A stretch of 64,000 bases of DNA from Eledone cirrhosa (lineage: Eukaryota). The notes under the pieces are model-generated. The model did not search any database, was not told where the DNA came from, and worked only from the letters and a program-made list of their open reading frames with translations. This document shows positions 1 through 12,680 of this stretch, in pieces. How positions within the stretch are numbered: position 1 is the stretch's first letter; every line of letters starts with the position of its first letter. The stretch covers positions 41,106,001 through 41,170,000 of the forward strand of contig OZ024744.1 in the NCBI GenBank assembly GCA_964016885.1, read 5' to 3'. The position numbers and the translations under genes are program-made.

Positions 1-9
1 GAGTGGAAG

Positions 10-305
10 TATAAAGAAAAAGGGATGAAATCGAAAATGCAACTGAAGTCTTATTTTTTTTTAAAATATATATATTTATTTGGTTCCTTTACCGGTTTCG
101 CAGTTCTTCTGCTTTTCAAAAGGTGAGTTGAGATGGAGGGTCTGTGGTTTTTCTCACACCAGATGTGAGAAAAACCACAGACCCTCCATCTCAACTCACC
201 TTTTGAAAAGCAGAAGAACTGCGAAACCGGTAAAGGAACCAAATAAATATATATATTTTTAAAAAAAATAAGACTTCAGTTGCATTTTCGATTTCATCCA
301 TTTTT

Positions 306-312
<7 letters not shown>
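10..312. repeat. Near-perfect palindrome (~148 bp arms, 5 nt loop at 159-163); inverted PLE pseudo-LTR pair
   Basis: Left arm ...gagggtctgtggtttttctcaca is the reverse complement of right arm tgtgagaaaaaccacagaccctc...; near-identical ORFs on both strands; bounded by (TA)n on the right. Confidence 0.9.
199..236 (+). ncRNA. Minimal type-I hammerhead ribozyme, U3-A8 core variant (mirror copy on - strand at 86-123)
   Basis: cctt-TTGAAAA-gcag(aagaa)ctgc-GAAA-ccgg-TA/aagg: stem I cctt:aagg, stem II gcag:ctgc, palindromic stem III CCGG, GUA cleavage triplet. Confidence 0.7.
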
Positions 313-381
<69 letters not shown>

Positions 382-897
382 ATATATGTATATATATATA
401 TATGTATATATATATGTATGTATATATATGTATATATATATATATGCCCTGCTAAAAATAAATGTCCTCTCAACAACCATTGTCTTGATAATAACTTAAT
501 CTACGAATGTAAAGTTATAACTGACACCAATTCCTTCACCTATTTTGGCTCCACTTCCACCTCCTTTAAAGCTCGTCTTTATAATCATCATTCGTCTTTT
601 AAATACCAACTTAAAAGAACCAACATGGCTCTCTCAGAACTCATATGGTCCTTGAAAGACAAAAATATTAAATATAACATCTCTTGGAAAAAGGTTTCTT
701 CTGCTTCCACTTGTTTCTATCCAAGACTTGCAATCTCTGTCTAAATGAAAAAATTACCATTATATCTAATTTAGATTCTATAATAAATAGACGCACTGAC
801 TTGTTTTCTATCTGCTTGCATAAATTCCACAGAACTTTCAATAAAGTATACAGCTAATATCCTAAACTTTATCAATTCAGAATCCTTTTCTCAAAGC

Positions 898-995
<98 letters not shown>

Positions 996-1373
996 CTTCT
1001 TTAAAAATATACCCATCTTTCTACCTTATTTCAAAGTTATTTATTATACATTATATAATACTTGTTACTCATTCTATATCACTCCTATTTATCACTTCCC
1101 TTTCTTCCTTTTCCTTTTCTTTTCTGTTTCTTTTCTTTTAATTTCTAACCCCTAATCTGTACCTTTTCTCACTGTGCCTAACATAGAAACAATTATTACA
1201 CAATACAATATATTCTTACTTTATATCAACTTGAAAAAATCGTTCGTAAACATAAACATTTTTTTGACGTTAGATTATTCATCCTCTATTCATTATTTTT
1301 TTTCTCCCTTTTATCTAACTTATTCATGCTCATCTCACAATATATCCTTACTTACATTACTTTTTTTTTTTAA

Positions 1374-1545
1374 TAATACATATCAACATTTTCTTTCCAT
1401 CGCACATATTATTAAACCCTTAAATATTATTCTTAATACATATTAACATTTTCTTTCCATCGCACATATTATTAAACCCTTAAATATTATTCTTAATACA
1501 TATTAACAATTTCTTTTCATCGCACATATTATTAAACCCTTCAAT
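1374..1545 (+). repeat. ~3 tandem copies of a 60 bp unit in the PLE 3' UTR
   Basis: acattttctttccatcgcacatattattaaaccctt recurs at 60 bp spacing. Confidence 0.85.
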
Positions 1546-1669
1546 ATACAAACCTTAACTTTACATTATTTTTCTCTTCGTTAATTTTCAAATTCTTTTA
1601 ATTTATACATTATCTTCCAACGGTTTTTCAACCTCTCTATGTAAAACAATATATTTTTCTCAGTTATAA

Positions 1670-1706
<37 letters not shown>

Positions 1707-1938
1707 CCCATCTCTCCTCCTATCTCATCCTTCCTCATTATACTCCTCCCCCCTCCACTTTTTACTCTCATCTCCTCCTCTTTTTACTCTCATCTCCTCT
1801 TTTTCATCCTTTCCAACCTCCCCTCCCCCCTAAAAAATTTTTTCCCCAATATCACACATCAATCTAAAACTATTTTTCATATGTTGATTTAAAACTGCAC
1901 TATCCACAAGTGTTTTTAACCTTCATATCATGTCTTCC

Positions 1939-2009
1939 TATTTTGTCTGATGAAAACACAAATGTTATTGCATGATGATATTTGTTTTTGAAATGCGCAT
2001 AATAAAATA
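1939..2009 (+). ncRNA. Type-I hammerhead ribozyme, PLE family A
   Basis: tattttgt-CTGATGA-aaacacaaatgttatt..gatgatatttgttttt-GAAA-tgcgca-TA/ataaaata; palindromic stem III TGCGCA. Confidence 0.85.
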
Positions 2010-2061
2010 CATGGAACTCATTTAACCATCTTTTGATCTTATATATTATATATATATATAT

Positions 2062-2370
2062 ATGCAAAAGTTTTAATTAAGATTGTTGGGTTACAACGAG
2101 TAAATATTTTATAACTGATATAAAAGCACTCAACAGTTTCTGGAGTAGGTTTACGATATTAAACTGTCATAACAGTTTCACTACCAAATCAACTTTTTAA
2201 ATGGAAGTTGCATTATTATAAGGTATGTCAATAATTATTTATAAAACAGCTTATGTATTGTATTTTGTCTGAGGAAGGCATACCATATTTTTAATATGAT
2301 ATCCCAGAAATATATATAACGAAATAAATATGGTTTTATAAATATAGTTTCCATTTGTTTAATATCGTAT
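2062..2370 (+). mobile_element. ~310 bp non-coding derivative of PLE family B
   Basis: 5' part matches the minus strand of 43838-43910 (tttttataactgatataaagcactcaac); 3' part matches the minus strand of 39590-39820 (tatggttttataaatatagtttccattt); (TA)n flanks. Confidence 0.7.
2261..2326 (+). ncRNA. Type-I hammerhead ribozyme, PLE family B
   Basis: tattttgt-CTGAGGA-imperfect stem II-GAAA-tatata-TA/acgaaata. Confidence 0.7.
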
Positions 2371-2389
2371 ATATATATATATATATATA

Positions 2390-4164
2390 ATGGAAAAATT
2401 TGAACAGGGACAAAACAGAGAGGCAGTACAACGAATGTTTATTAATTTCACGCTCTGGAGAGTGGGGTGTTGGTGGGGGACGACGTTTCGGGCATAAGCC
2501 CTTCCTCAGGTGGGAAGTGTGTGGGAACAGAGTTCAAAGGGTGTGTAGGGGAGTGGTGGAGAGACATATAGCGAAAGGAAACGGTGCGAATGAAAAAATA
2601 AAAAATAAAGATAAAAATAAAAATAAAGCATGATCAAAATACAAGGAATGAGATAAATTTAAAAATAAAGGCATGATCAAAATAAACTGAAATTAAAAGG
2701 GGGGTAAACAGGTGGTGGAAGGGTGTGGGTGTGTAGAGGTGGTGGCGGGTGGAGTGGGGCGAGGGAGACGGGGTGTCCAAGCGGGGAGGGCTGAAGATGG
2801 TGTGTGTGTGTAGGTGTGCGTGTGTGTGTGTGTGTGTGTATGTGAAAGTAAGGGTTGGGGGATGAACGGGGTTGCATGTTCAGGAAGAGGTGTGTGTGTG
2901 TGTGGGGGGGGGGGTCGGAGTGTCTGTGCGTGTGTGGATAGAGGGGTGGGGGAGAGGAATCAGGAGGCTGAGGGTGTAAATATGTGGTGGAAAGCACGTG
3001 TGTGTGGGGTTTAAGCGTGTTGTGGGTGTAGGTGGCGTGTGGATAAAAAAAATTGTTTGGGGTGTGTGTGTGGGTGAGTTATATAGGTGATTACGTAAGA
3101 GGATGGTTGAAAAGTTGGTAAATTCCGAAGATGTTTAGTGGATTGGTTGTTGGTCAATTTCTGCGTGTGGGTATTCCATGAAGCGATGGTCGGAAGAGGA
3201 GAGATGTGGGGTGCGCGCGCAACAGGAAGTGGTCAGCAGTGGGAGTGCTGTGGTCTGTTTGTGCTGGGAGGTGGTCAGTAGCAGCAGTCGGTGGAATGGT
3301 AAAGGGGCGAGGATGGGTAGGTGTGAAAGTTGGAGTGAGGAGGGTGTGTGTGTGTGTATTAGTAGGGGTGTTAGTGGGATGAGTGAGTGTGGAACGAGGG
3401 TGTGGGTGGAGCGGGGAGAGAAGGGTGTGTGTGGTTCTATGGAGGGAGTGTGGTGTACTGGTGTGTGTGTAGTTTGATGAAGAGGTGTTAGTGGGTGTTA
3501 GTATACGGGAGGTGGGGAGGGGTTGAATGCTGGTGTGAGTGGGGGTTAGTGGTGGTAGGGTGTGTAGAGTTGGTGGTGTACGTGGGTGTGTGGGTACGTG
3601 TGCGTGGGGTTGGGGGGTGTTAGTGATGTTAGTTGCGTGTGGGGTGGGTGGTGTAAGTGTGTGCGTGTGTTCGTGTGCTTGGGGTTAGGGGGTGTTAGTG
3701 AGGTTAGTTGCGGGGTGGTGGGATGGAGGTGTGGGGGTGAGAGGTATGGGGGTGAGTGTTAGTGGTGGTAGTAGGGTGTGTGTTTAGTGTGAGCGCGTGT
3801 ATATATGTGCCGGTGGGTGTGTGCGTGTGATAAGGAGGGGGGAGGAGGAGAGGAGGGGAAGGAAGGGATGTTAGTATGTTAGTTGGGGAAGGGTGGTCAG
3901 ATGGGGGTGGAGTGGAGGTGTTAGTATTGTTAGTTGTGGGGTGGGCGGTGAAAAGGAGGCGTGTGTTAGTGGTGTTAGTGGGGGATAAGTGTGTGTGTGT
4001 GTGGGGGGGGGGGGTCGATCGAAGGCTAAAGGAATAAGGGTGGGGAGTTCAGGCGGGGGGGAGTGTGGGTCTGTAAGATGAAGATAGTTCGTTTTTCGAC
4101 CGTAAGGCGATTAGCGGGTGTTCCGTGGCACTGGAGTAGGCCACAGACTGTGAGATGGCGTGCG

Positions 4165-4167
<3 letters not shown>
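2390..4167 (-). mobile_element. 3' remnant of a Neptune/Naiad-type PLE: GIY-YIG C-terminus, C/A-rich 3' UTR, HHR-like motif
   Basis: HLTVCGLLQC..RLTVEKRTIFILQTHTPPRLN resembles the R..E..IF.L.T..P.GLN end of PLE endonucleases; minus strand 2478-2515 reads CTGAGGA-a-gggc(ttat)gccc-GAAA-cGTC with weak stem I. Confidence 0.6.
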
Positions 4168-4245
<78 letters not shown>

Positions 4246-5035
4246 TAGGGGGGAAGAAAAAATGGCTTCACTTGTGCTTTCAACAAATTTATTTTCTTCA
4301 CAAAATCCAAAAAGAATTCTTCTTAAAAAAAATTATTTTATAAATTAAGTTGTTGGTTGTTGGTTAGGTCTTAGGAGTTCTTGGTTAACGTAGGAGGTAT
4401 TGTTTCGTTTTTAGAAAGACCTTTCACGCTGAGGTGCGCTTGTCAAACTGATGTGTATGTGGTGTGTTGTTCTATATATAGGGATTTAACATGTCTGTGG
4501 TGTGGTGGGGGTTTCTTTTCTCCCCCTTTAATAAGTGCATGGGTGTAGGTGTGTTGAAAAAGTGTTCATAGCAGTAAAGAGTTGAGACGGTGAGTAGGGT
4601 TGGGTGGGGAGAAATGTAGCAAGTGCGGCCTGCCCCGGTCATTCTCGAAAAATTCCTTTATTCAGGGGAAAAAGCTTTTAGCATTGCTTTTGTGTTGAGA
4701 ATGGTCACGGGCAAATCGCACCTGTCAAGTTTGTGAATAATTATTTTTTTCTTTCTTTCCTGAAGAATTTTTCTACGTCCATCCCAAAGTTAGTCCTTTG
4801 TTCAACACACACATATGTGTGCATATACGTACATACACACACGGGCATATGTAGGAATATATAGGCACACACCATCAATCACACACCCATGTACAAATAC
4901 ATCAACATACATACACAAAAACATATAGAGACACATATAAAACACACATGCACATACGTACACAAACGAATATGTACTCATACCTCCACATGGGCATATA
5001 TATATATATATATACACACACATATATATACACAT

Positions 5036-5070
<35 letters not shown>

Positions 5071-5095
5071 CATACATATACACATACACACACAT

Positions 5096-5207
<112 letters not shown>

Positions 5208-5237
5208 AGATCAAAAGATGGTTAAAAGAGTTCCAAG

Positions 5238-5308
5238 TATTTTATTATGCGCATTTCAAAAACAAATATCATCACGGGATGATATCTGCGTTCTCATCAG
5301 ATAAAATA
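5238..5308 (-). ncRNA. Type-I hammerhead ribozyme, PLE family A
   Basis: tattttat-CTGATGA-gaacgcagatatcatc..gatgatatttgttttt-GAAA-tgcgca-TA/ataaaata; stem II differs from the 1939 copy but stays paired. Confidence 0.87.
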
Positions 5309-6447
5309 GGGATACATGATATGAAACTTAAAAAACACTTGTGAATAGTGAAGTTTTAAATCAACATATGAAAAATAATTTAAGATTGATGTATGAGAAT
5401 GGGAAAAAGTGAGGGGTGGGTGGGTGGAAAAGGTAAGGAAGAGGAGGAGATGAGAGTAAAGAATGGTGAGGAAGGAAGGATGAGAGAGGAGGAGAGATGG
5501 GTGATAGAGAGAGAGAGATAGCCTTTACAACTGAGAAAAAAAAAATATTGTCTCACAGAGAGAAGTTAAAAAGCCGTTGGAAGATAATAGATAATTTAAA
5601 AGAATTTGAAATGAAAAGTTAATGAGGTTTATGCATGAAGAGAAAAAGGAATTAAGAATAATATTAAATTAAGGTTTGTATATTGAAAGGTTTAATAATA
5701 TGTGCGAGGAAAAGAAATTATTTATATGTATTATTAAAATTAAAATATGAATGTTATTAAGGATATAATGTGAAAAGAAGGAGCAGAATGAATGAGTTAT
5801 GAATGAGAGGAATTAGTTAGGGTTTAAATTTGTTTTTATGTAATGTAATATGTGTGCGTAATATGTGTACGTAAATAGTTTGTTTAAAAATGAGCGCAGA
5901 AGGCAAAGAAGAAAAGAATGTTTAAGGAAGAAAATATCTAACATGAAAAAATATATATGTTTACGAAATATTTTCTAATGGTAATAATATAATATATTAA
6001 AATAAATTAGTTAGGGTTTAAGTTTGTTTTTATGTATTGTAATATGTAAAAGTCAAACGAGCATGAAAGAAATTTAAGGAAGAAAAATCTAACGTAAAAA
6101 AAAATGTTTATGTTTACGAAGGACTATTAAAGGTAATACTATAATGTATTTAAAAAAAATTGTTTATGGCCAATGATATGAGGAAAGATGGAAGAATGGA
6201 TATGTTGTGGGGGAGTAATAATAAGAATTGAGAAGTAGTTAGGAAGAAAAATTACAGATTAGAGGTTAGAAATTAAAAAGAAAAGAGGAAGAAAGGAAAG
6301 TGATAAAGAGGAATGATATAGAATGAGTAACTTGTATTATATAATATATATTAAATAATATTGAAATAAGGTAGAAAGTTGGGTATATTTTTAAAAGATA
6401 TATAAGCGTTTGTGAAAAAGGATTTTAAACTAGTAAGGTGTTAGATA

Positions 6448-8822
6448 TTAGCTGTATACTTTCTGGAATGTTCTGTGGAATTTATGCAAGCAGAGAGAAA
6501 ATAAATCCGTGCGTCTATTTATTATAGAATTGAAATTAGATATAATGGTAAATTTCTCAGATAGGCAAAGATTACATGTTCTGGATAGGGAGGCATTCAA
6601 GTAGGGAGAGGCATAACAAACTTTCTCCAAGAGGTGTTACAGTTAATATTTTTGTCTTTTAAGGACCATATGAGTTCTGAGAGCGCCGTGTTAGTTCTTT
6701 TAAGTTGGTATTGAAAAGACGAATTGTGATTATAAAATCTAGTTTTGAAGGAAGTGGAAGTGGAACCGAAATAGGTAAAGGAATTGGTATCAGTTATAAC
6801 CTTACATTCATAGACTAAGTTTTTATCAAGACAATGGTTATTAAGGGGACATTTAGTTCTAACAGGGAAATTACAATTACGATTAGAGGAATTAACAGAG
6901 TTATTAACAAGTGACCTAGTGTTATTTATAGGAGGAATTGGATTGGAGAAGTTATTTACGATAGGAATAATAGTTTCCTGATTTAGATTGGTATTATGAA
7001 CATTCAACGAAGTTACGTTTGACGTCGTATTTAAGTTTACAGAATCTAGCCTAGAGTTAACAATGACGTCGGGAGTACTACTGCTATTTTTATGACGCTC
7101 AGTGTTGGAAGGATGTGATTTAATATTTAATATTTTATTGTTGTGTTTAGAGATAATGTTAGAGATGTTGGAAGAGGTGGAATAATAACATTTTTATTGT
7201 ATGTTTGTTAAAGATTTTACTATAGATATGTGAGGGAGGGAAGCATTTATCTAAGGCCCTAAAGAATAGTTTAGGAATATTATTATTAATAGAAATAGAG
7301 AAAGGAGCATTATACCAGATTATATTTTTGTATCTAGGTCTTTTATTTAAGTTATTGGAATGATCATAATTTATTATTTTACTGTAAGATCTTCTAGGAT
7401 TGGTTTCTTTACTGTATTTAATTTTATCAGGATAACCGGCTTTAGAAAGCGCATTATTATAGTAATTGGCGTTAGCATCGAAGATATTTTTATTAGAGGA
7501 TAGGTTTGATATTCTTTTTCCAATATTACTGACTATAGCATTTTTAATGTTAGTGGGTGGTTAGATTTAAAATTAACATAATTTAGATCCTCATTGTTTT
7601 TATGGTAAGGGTAATATAGGCCAGTGTCAAGATTAAGGGATATATCCAAGAAGTTAGCTAGTTTGACGTTGTTATCAAATTCAATTGTAAGGTTATGTTG
7701 CTTAAAGAGATCACGTATATTGTTCTTAATAATATTAAGGTTAACTAAGTTGCAATTTAAGATAGTAAAAGTCCATCGTTACGATAAATTCCACCGCGAA
7801 GTTGAGGAATTTTCCGATTTAAAGAATTCAAAATAAATATACAAATCAAATCAGTCAATTGCGATGAATCGGAAGCACCCATTGTGATATCAAAGTTGTT
7901 GGAAGTATCGGCTCTAGTCCAGTATTCATTGTTGAATTCTAAGATGGTTTTTCTTGCGGTGAGAATGATGTGAAGTTCATCTGTGGTGATGTCAGAATAT
8001 TTAAATGCGAAAGATAGTGCATTGTTGAGAAGTGAAGGCGAAATAGAAGCTGGCAATATCAAATTGAATACATTTTTGTTTGTTTTTCTTATTCAGGTTG
8101 TTGGACGAGCCAATTACTTCAGATGTACAAAACCATAAATTTAAGTTAGAAATAGAGCAATTAGAACGAACCTGTGGGATAATTCTATCCAAGATGGCTT
8201 TACTAACAACCCCAGATCTGATTTAGAGGGGGCGATTAGTCTAACAGGTAGTTCCGCTCGAAAATTACTTTTGTGATCCTTGAGATTTATCCTCGGAGTT
8301 CTTGGGAGGAATGGTTCGGTCTTTTTTTCAATGCCAAGTTTTGACATAATAGATTCCAAATTGTCATGGTTAGTTTTACGATAGTTCTTCCTTAGTTCCT
8401 TAAGGATAAGGTTGTTATAGTTATCCCTAGATACACCATATAAATTATTAGTTTTGTCGGAGTGGACTAAGACATTTTAAGAGAAATTAAGGTTTAAAAT
8501 CGTATTCCCGAGATTTAGAAGATGCTCTTGTTCTCTGTAAAGGTTTCTCTTGAATTTAAGATTTCTTATAATATTAGTTAATTCTTCCTCGAACTGCACT
8601 AGATTTTTGTTGGAAGGAGGATTTCTTCTAGAGTTAAATAAATGATCAAGAAAGTTGTTCCTTAGTATAGAAATTTCCTTTTTGGCGCTGGTCGTGGAAA
8701 AAAGCTATCCATCTAAGCCTTTTCATAAAGGAGTCAGTTTTTTCAATCAGAAGTTTGGTGAATTCAGATTTACCAGGTATAGGAATGTCTTTAGTTGAAG
8801 TGGTTATGTTGTAATAATCCAT
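6448..8822 (-). pseudogene. PLE reverse transcriptase/GIY-YIG ORF with multiple frameshifts and stops
   Basis: ORF fragments 8141-8359, 8001-8192, 7757-8062, 6597-7007, 6448-6630 are collinear; candidate ATG near 8822. Confidence 0.88.
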
Positions 8823-9050
8823 GTTGTAGAAGAAAAATTATTGTGCTACAATAAAACTCACCTACTACATATATATATATATATATATAGTATTAGTTAT
8901 ACTATTTATGGTTATGTAAACACAAAACCTTAAGCAGTTGTAAGTATTTTACACACACCCTAAATAGTGGTAGGCAGTAATGTATTACTACCTTATTACC
9001 AGTAAGTTAAGTAGCTCAATGTAAAAACATCAGATGATTTACAGAGCAGT

Positions 9051-9342
9051 TATATGAAATATAAGAATCAAAGAACTGTTCAAAACATTATTGTGCTTAC
9101 AGCTGTTTCCTCCAAACCGAAGTGTGTACTGCCACTCTAAATTCTGTAATGAATGTTGACCCACAATGTTTGAATATGTATCAATGTTTGAATATGTGTT
9201 GGTGTGTCTCTCGGCTGAAGGGGAGGTCATATAACTGTCCATGCATTAATAAATTGCTCCGAAGAATCCAAACCTCGGTTTGGAGGAAACAGCTGTAAGC
9301 ACAATAATGTTTTGAACAGTTCTTTGATTCTTATATTTCATA
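9051..9342. repeat. Inverted repeat (~70 bp arms, 9051-9120 and 9274-9342); pseudo-LTR pair
   Basis: atatgaaatataagaatcaaagaactg..cctccaaaccga vs tcggtttggagg..cagttctttgattcttatatttcatat. Confidence 0.85.
9254..9301 (+). ncRNA. Hammerhead-like motif with CCGAAGA core
   Basis: tgct-CCGAAGA-atccaaacc(tc)ggtttggag-GAAA-cagctg-TA/agca; palindromic stem III CAGCTG. Confidence 0.6.
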
Positions 9343-9350
9343 TATTTCAT

Positions 9351-9437
<87 letters not shown>

Positions 9438-9512
9438 CGAAGGAAATGTGGTAAGGAACCAGGTGGACCATAACGCACCAAAGTACTCAATACTTGAGGT
9501 AGTAGAGTGGGT

Positions 9513-9746
<234 letters not shown>

Positions 9747-9751
9747 TATAC

Positions 9752-10490
9752 ACAAGTGTTGACCGTATCTTCTTTACACCTACCGATGAGCCTTGAGAAG
9801 TTATGGCACCAACACAGTTTATGGTGAAACATTTTCTCCTTTGAGTTTGTCCAGGTGTTTTATAGTTATAAAGGTGGATCTGTACAATTTAATATAAGTT
9901 TCTAATTATTAGGTATTTTCCACACTTTTCGTAGACTTTATGTTCTTCACTCTAGTTGTTCTCTACCGCTCATTATTGAAAACATACCCTTTTTGTTTTT
10001 TTCTCTATATACTAAATTACATGGGGTTAACGTGAGTCTTTAACTCCATTTTTTCTTTTGATATTTTGGCTCCTAATTTCTTTGATAGTTGACCTTTTTA
10101 ATTTGAATGGTTATAGTCTGCCATTTCTAGCGGTTTCTTGATCCATTCAAGCCACTATGTACTGTCTGGCATGCATGTTTTCATTTCTCACACCATGTGC
10201 GATATTTCAGTTGTCTAAAGTATCTTTAGAAATGTTGACCATAACTTTTTACGCCTACCGACGAGCCCTGAGAAGTTATGGCACCAACACTGTTTAAGGT
10301 GAAACATTTTCTTCCTTGAGTTTGTATAGTTATAAAGGTGGATCTGTACATCTTAATTTCCCTTTCAATTATTATGTATTTTCCACACTTTTTGTAGACT
10401 TTATGTTCTTCACTTTAGTGGTTATCTACCTCTCGTAATTGAAAGCATACCCTTTTTGTGTTTTCTTCTCTATATACTGTATTATATAAA
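9752..10490 (+). repeat. ~1.5 tandem copies of a ~475 bp unit, each with a branched hammerhead-like motif
   Basis: cctaccgaYgagcc..gagaagttatggcaccaacac..ggtgaaacatttt at 9779 and 10254; downstream sequence also duplicated; (TA)n flanks. Confidence 0.8.
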
Positions 10491-10519
10491 TATAAATTAA
10501 AAAAAAATATATATATATA

Positions 10520-11605
10520 TATAAGTAGTAACACAACAATTACTTCATACTGAGAACAAATCTTTGCTCTTGCGGATCTTCAGCTCAGACTGAGAATGGT
10601 TGTATGGAGCAGGAAAAAGAGAAACAACCGAATGAATACGCATGCGCAGAAATAGTCACTTCCCCCAGGCGATAAAAATTCACGGTCGAAAGGTCTAATG
10701 GAGATAAGTGCGAATGTCCGGATTAAATTGTTCGAGTTGATTAGAATATTAGAATGTTGATGTTATTCAATCCAGAGCTTTGTAGTTATTCAAGAGGTGT
10801 TTCCAGATGTGTGGGCAACGTGAGAAAAGCTCATTTCTTGAATTTAGGCAATTGCTATTGCGTAATCTCCTCAGAATATTGATCCTTCAACAACAATGCA
10901 ACACATCCGCTGTAGTTTATGAAGCTGTGGTCATTTCCAACCGACCAAATCAACCACAGGAGGTCAAATCCTATGTGGGTATGGCAGAGGGCCGGTTTAA
11001 GGAACGCTTCCTGAACCATCAGTTGACCTTTAGATACCCGAACAAATGATCGGTCATGAAATTGCGAGCCACGTATGGTCCCTCAAAGACTCAGGTGTAG
11101 ACTACTCCATCCAATGGAAAGCTATCACTGAGTCCAAGCCATACGCAAGGGGTAAACGATCTTGCGGACTGTGCATTGAAGAAAGGGTCAATATTCTGAG
11201 GAGCTAACGCAATAGCAATTGCCTAAATTCAAGCAATGAGCTTTTCTCACGTTGCCCACACATCTGGAAACACATCTTGAATAACTACAAAGCTCCGGAT
11301 TGAATAACGTCAACATTATAATATTCTAATCAACTCGAACAATTTATTCCGGACATTCGCAGTTATCTCCCTTACACCTTTCAACTGGATTTTTGTTGCA
11401 AAGGGGAAGTGACCATTTCTGCGCATGTGTATTCATACGGTTGTTTCTCCTTTTCCTGTTCCGTACAACCATTCTCAGTCTGAGCTGAATATCTGCAAGG
11501 TCTCGGTATAGTGAACTAACTGTTGTGTTACTACTTCTACCAAACTCTTTCCATCGACTGAGTGCTCTACTACTATGGATATTACCCTCCAGTGTTCTAC
11601 CTTTA
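10520..11605 (+). mobile_element. 5'-truncated PLE (GIY-YIG fragment) with inverted pseudo-LTR at its 5' end
   Basis: CNTSAVVYEAVV..SYVGMAEGRFKERFLNH at 10885-11040; 10520-10765 is the reverse complement of ~11310-11545. Confidence 0.85.
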
Positions 11606-11984
11606 TATATATATATATATATGAATACATGACAATGTCATAACTATATGAAATCATGATGGCTGAATGACACATGAAAAGAAATCCTTGTTTCAGAGCG
11701 GCAATTAATTAATTAATTAATTAATTATTCGATTTCAAAAAAAGGAATGACAACAGAGGCCAAGGACAGTGTATAAACCTCATAAAAATAATAACAATAT
11801 GACTTCTACATGAAATTTCACTGAAAAGGCATTGGTAGAACTGTGTCAATAATAGAAGACACTTTCTGACAAGATCCCACAATGGGACTGGCCCTTCAAA
11901 CATTGTTGTGAAGTAAACTGCTTAACAACACAACCGTATCTGTGCTATTTAATTATTTTTCGATTTATTTTATTGTATATTGTA

Positions 11985-12234
11985 TTTGTGTTGTTGTTCC
12001 TGTTGCTTTTGTCTTCATTGTTGTTGTTGTTGCTATTGTTGTTGTTATTACTCTTATCACTGCTGCTACTGCTGCTGTTGTCGCTACCAGTGCTTTGTTC
12101 TTGTTATTATTGCTGTTGTTGTTGTTGCTGTTGTTTTTGTTGATGTTCTTGCAGTCATTGTCATTGTTGTCTGATCTTGTTGTTGTTGTGTTGTTGCTGC
12201 TGCTGATGATGTCGTTCTTTGATTTGATGCTTGT

Positions 12235-12269
<35 letters not shown>

Positions 12270-12379
12270 AAATGATGTGATGTTCGTGTCAATTAAAATC
12301 TCAAATCAACCAAAGCAATAAACATGATTATGTCTGTTTACTGGAGTCCGGTTTCACAGATTCTAATAACAATGATGAC

Positions 12380-12412
<33 letters not shown>

Positions 12413-12680
12413 GGTCGTCGTCATGACGATGATGATGATGATGATGATTAGATGATGATGGTGATGGTGATGATGAGGATGGTGGTGGTGGTGATGGTGA
12501 TTATGTGGTGGTGGTGATGATGATGGTGATGATGATAATGATGATGATGATGGTGATTATGGTGGTGGTGGTGATGATGATGATGATGATGATGATAATG
12601 ATGGTGATAGTGATGATGAGGGTGGTGTTGGTGGTGATGATAATGGTTATGATGATTATGGTGATGATGATTATGGTTTG
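11985..12680. repeat. Compound trinucleotide microsatellites (TTG)n/(CTG)n and (GAT)n/(GGT)n
   Basis: Seen directly in the sequence. Confidence 0.9.

Larger units (their letters stand above)
445..2045 (+). mobile_element. 5'-truncated Penelope-like element, family A (GIY-YIG tail, 3' UTR, HHR-bearing pseudo-LTR)
   Basis: [47 protein letters not shown] motif; homologous to 5203-7000 (-); (TA)n at both ends. Confidence 0.9.

Noticed and set aside
10525-10590. Minus-strand CTGAAGA..GAAG in the pseudo-LTR
   Set aside because: Core is degenerate, stem I is not supported and the direct copy at 11480 differs; not counted as an HHR.
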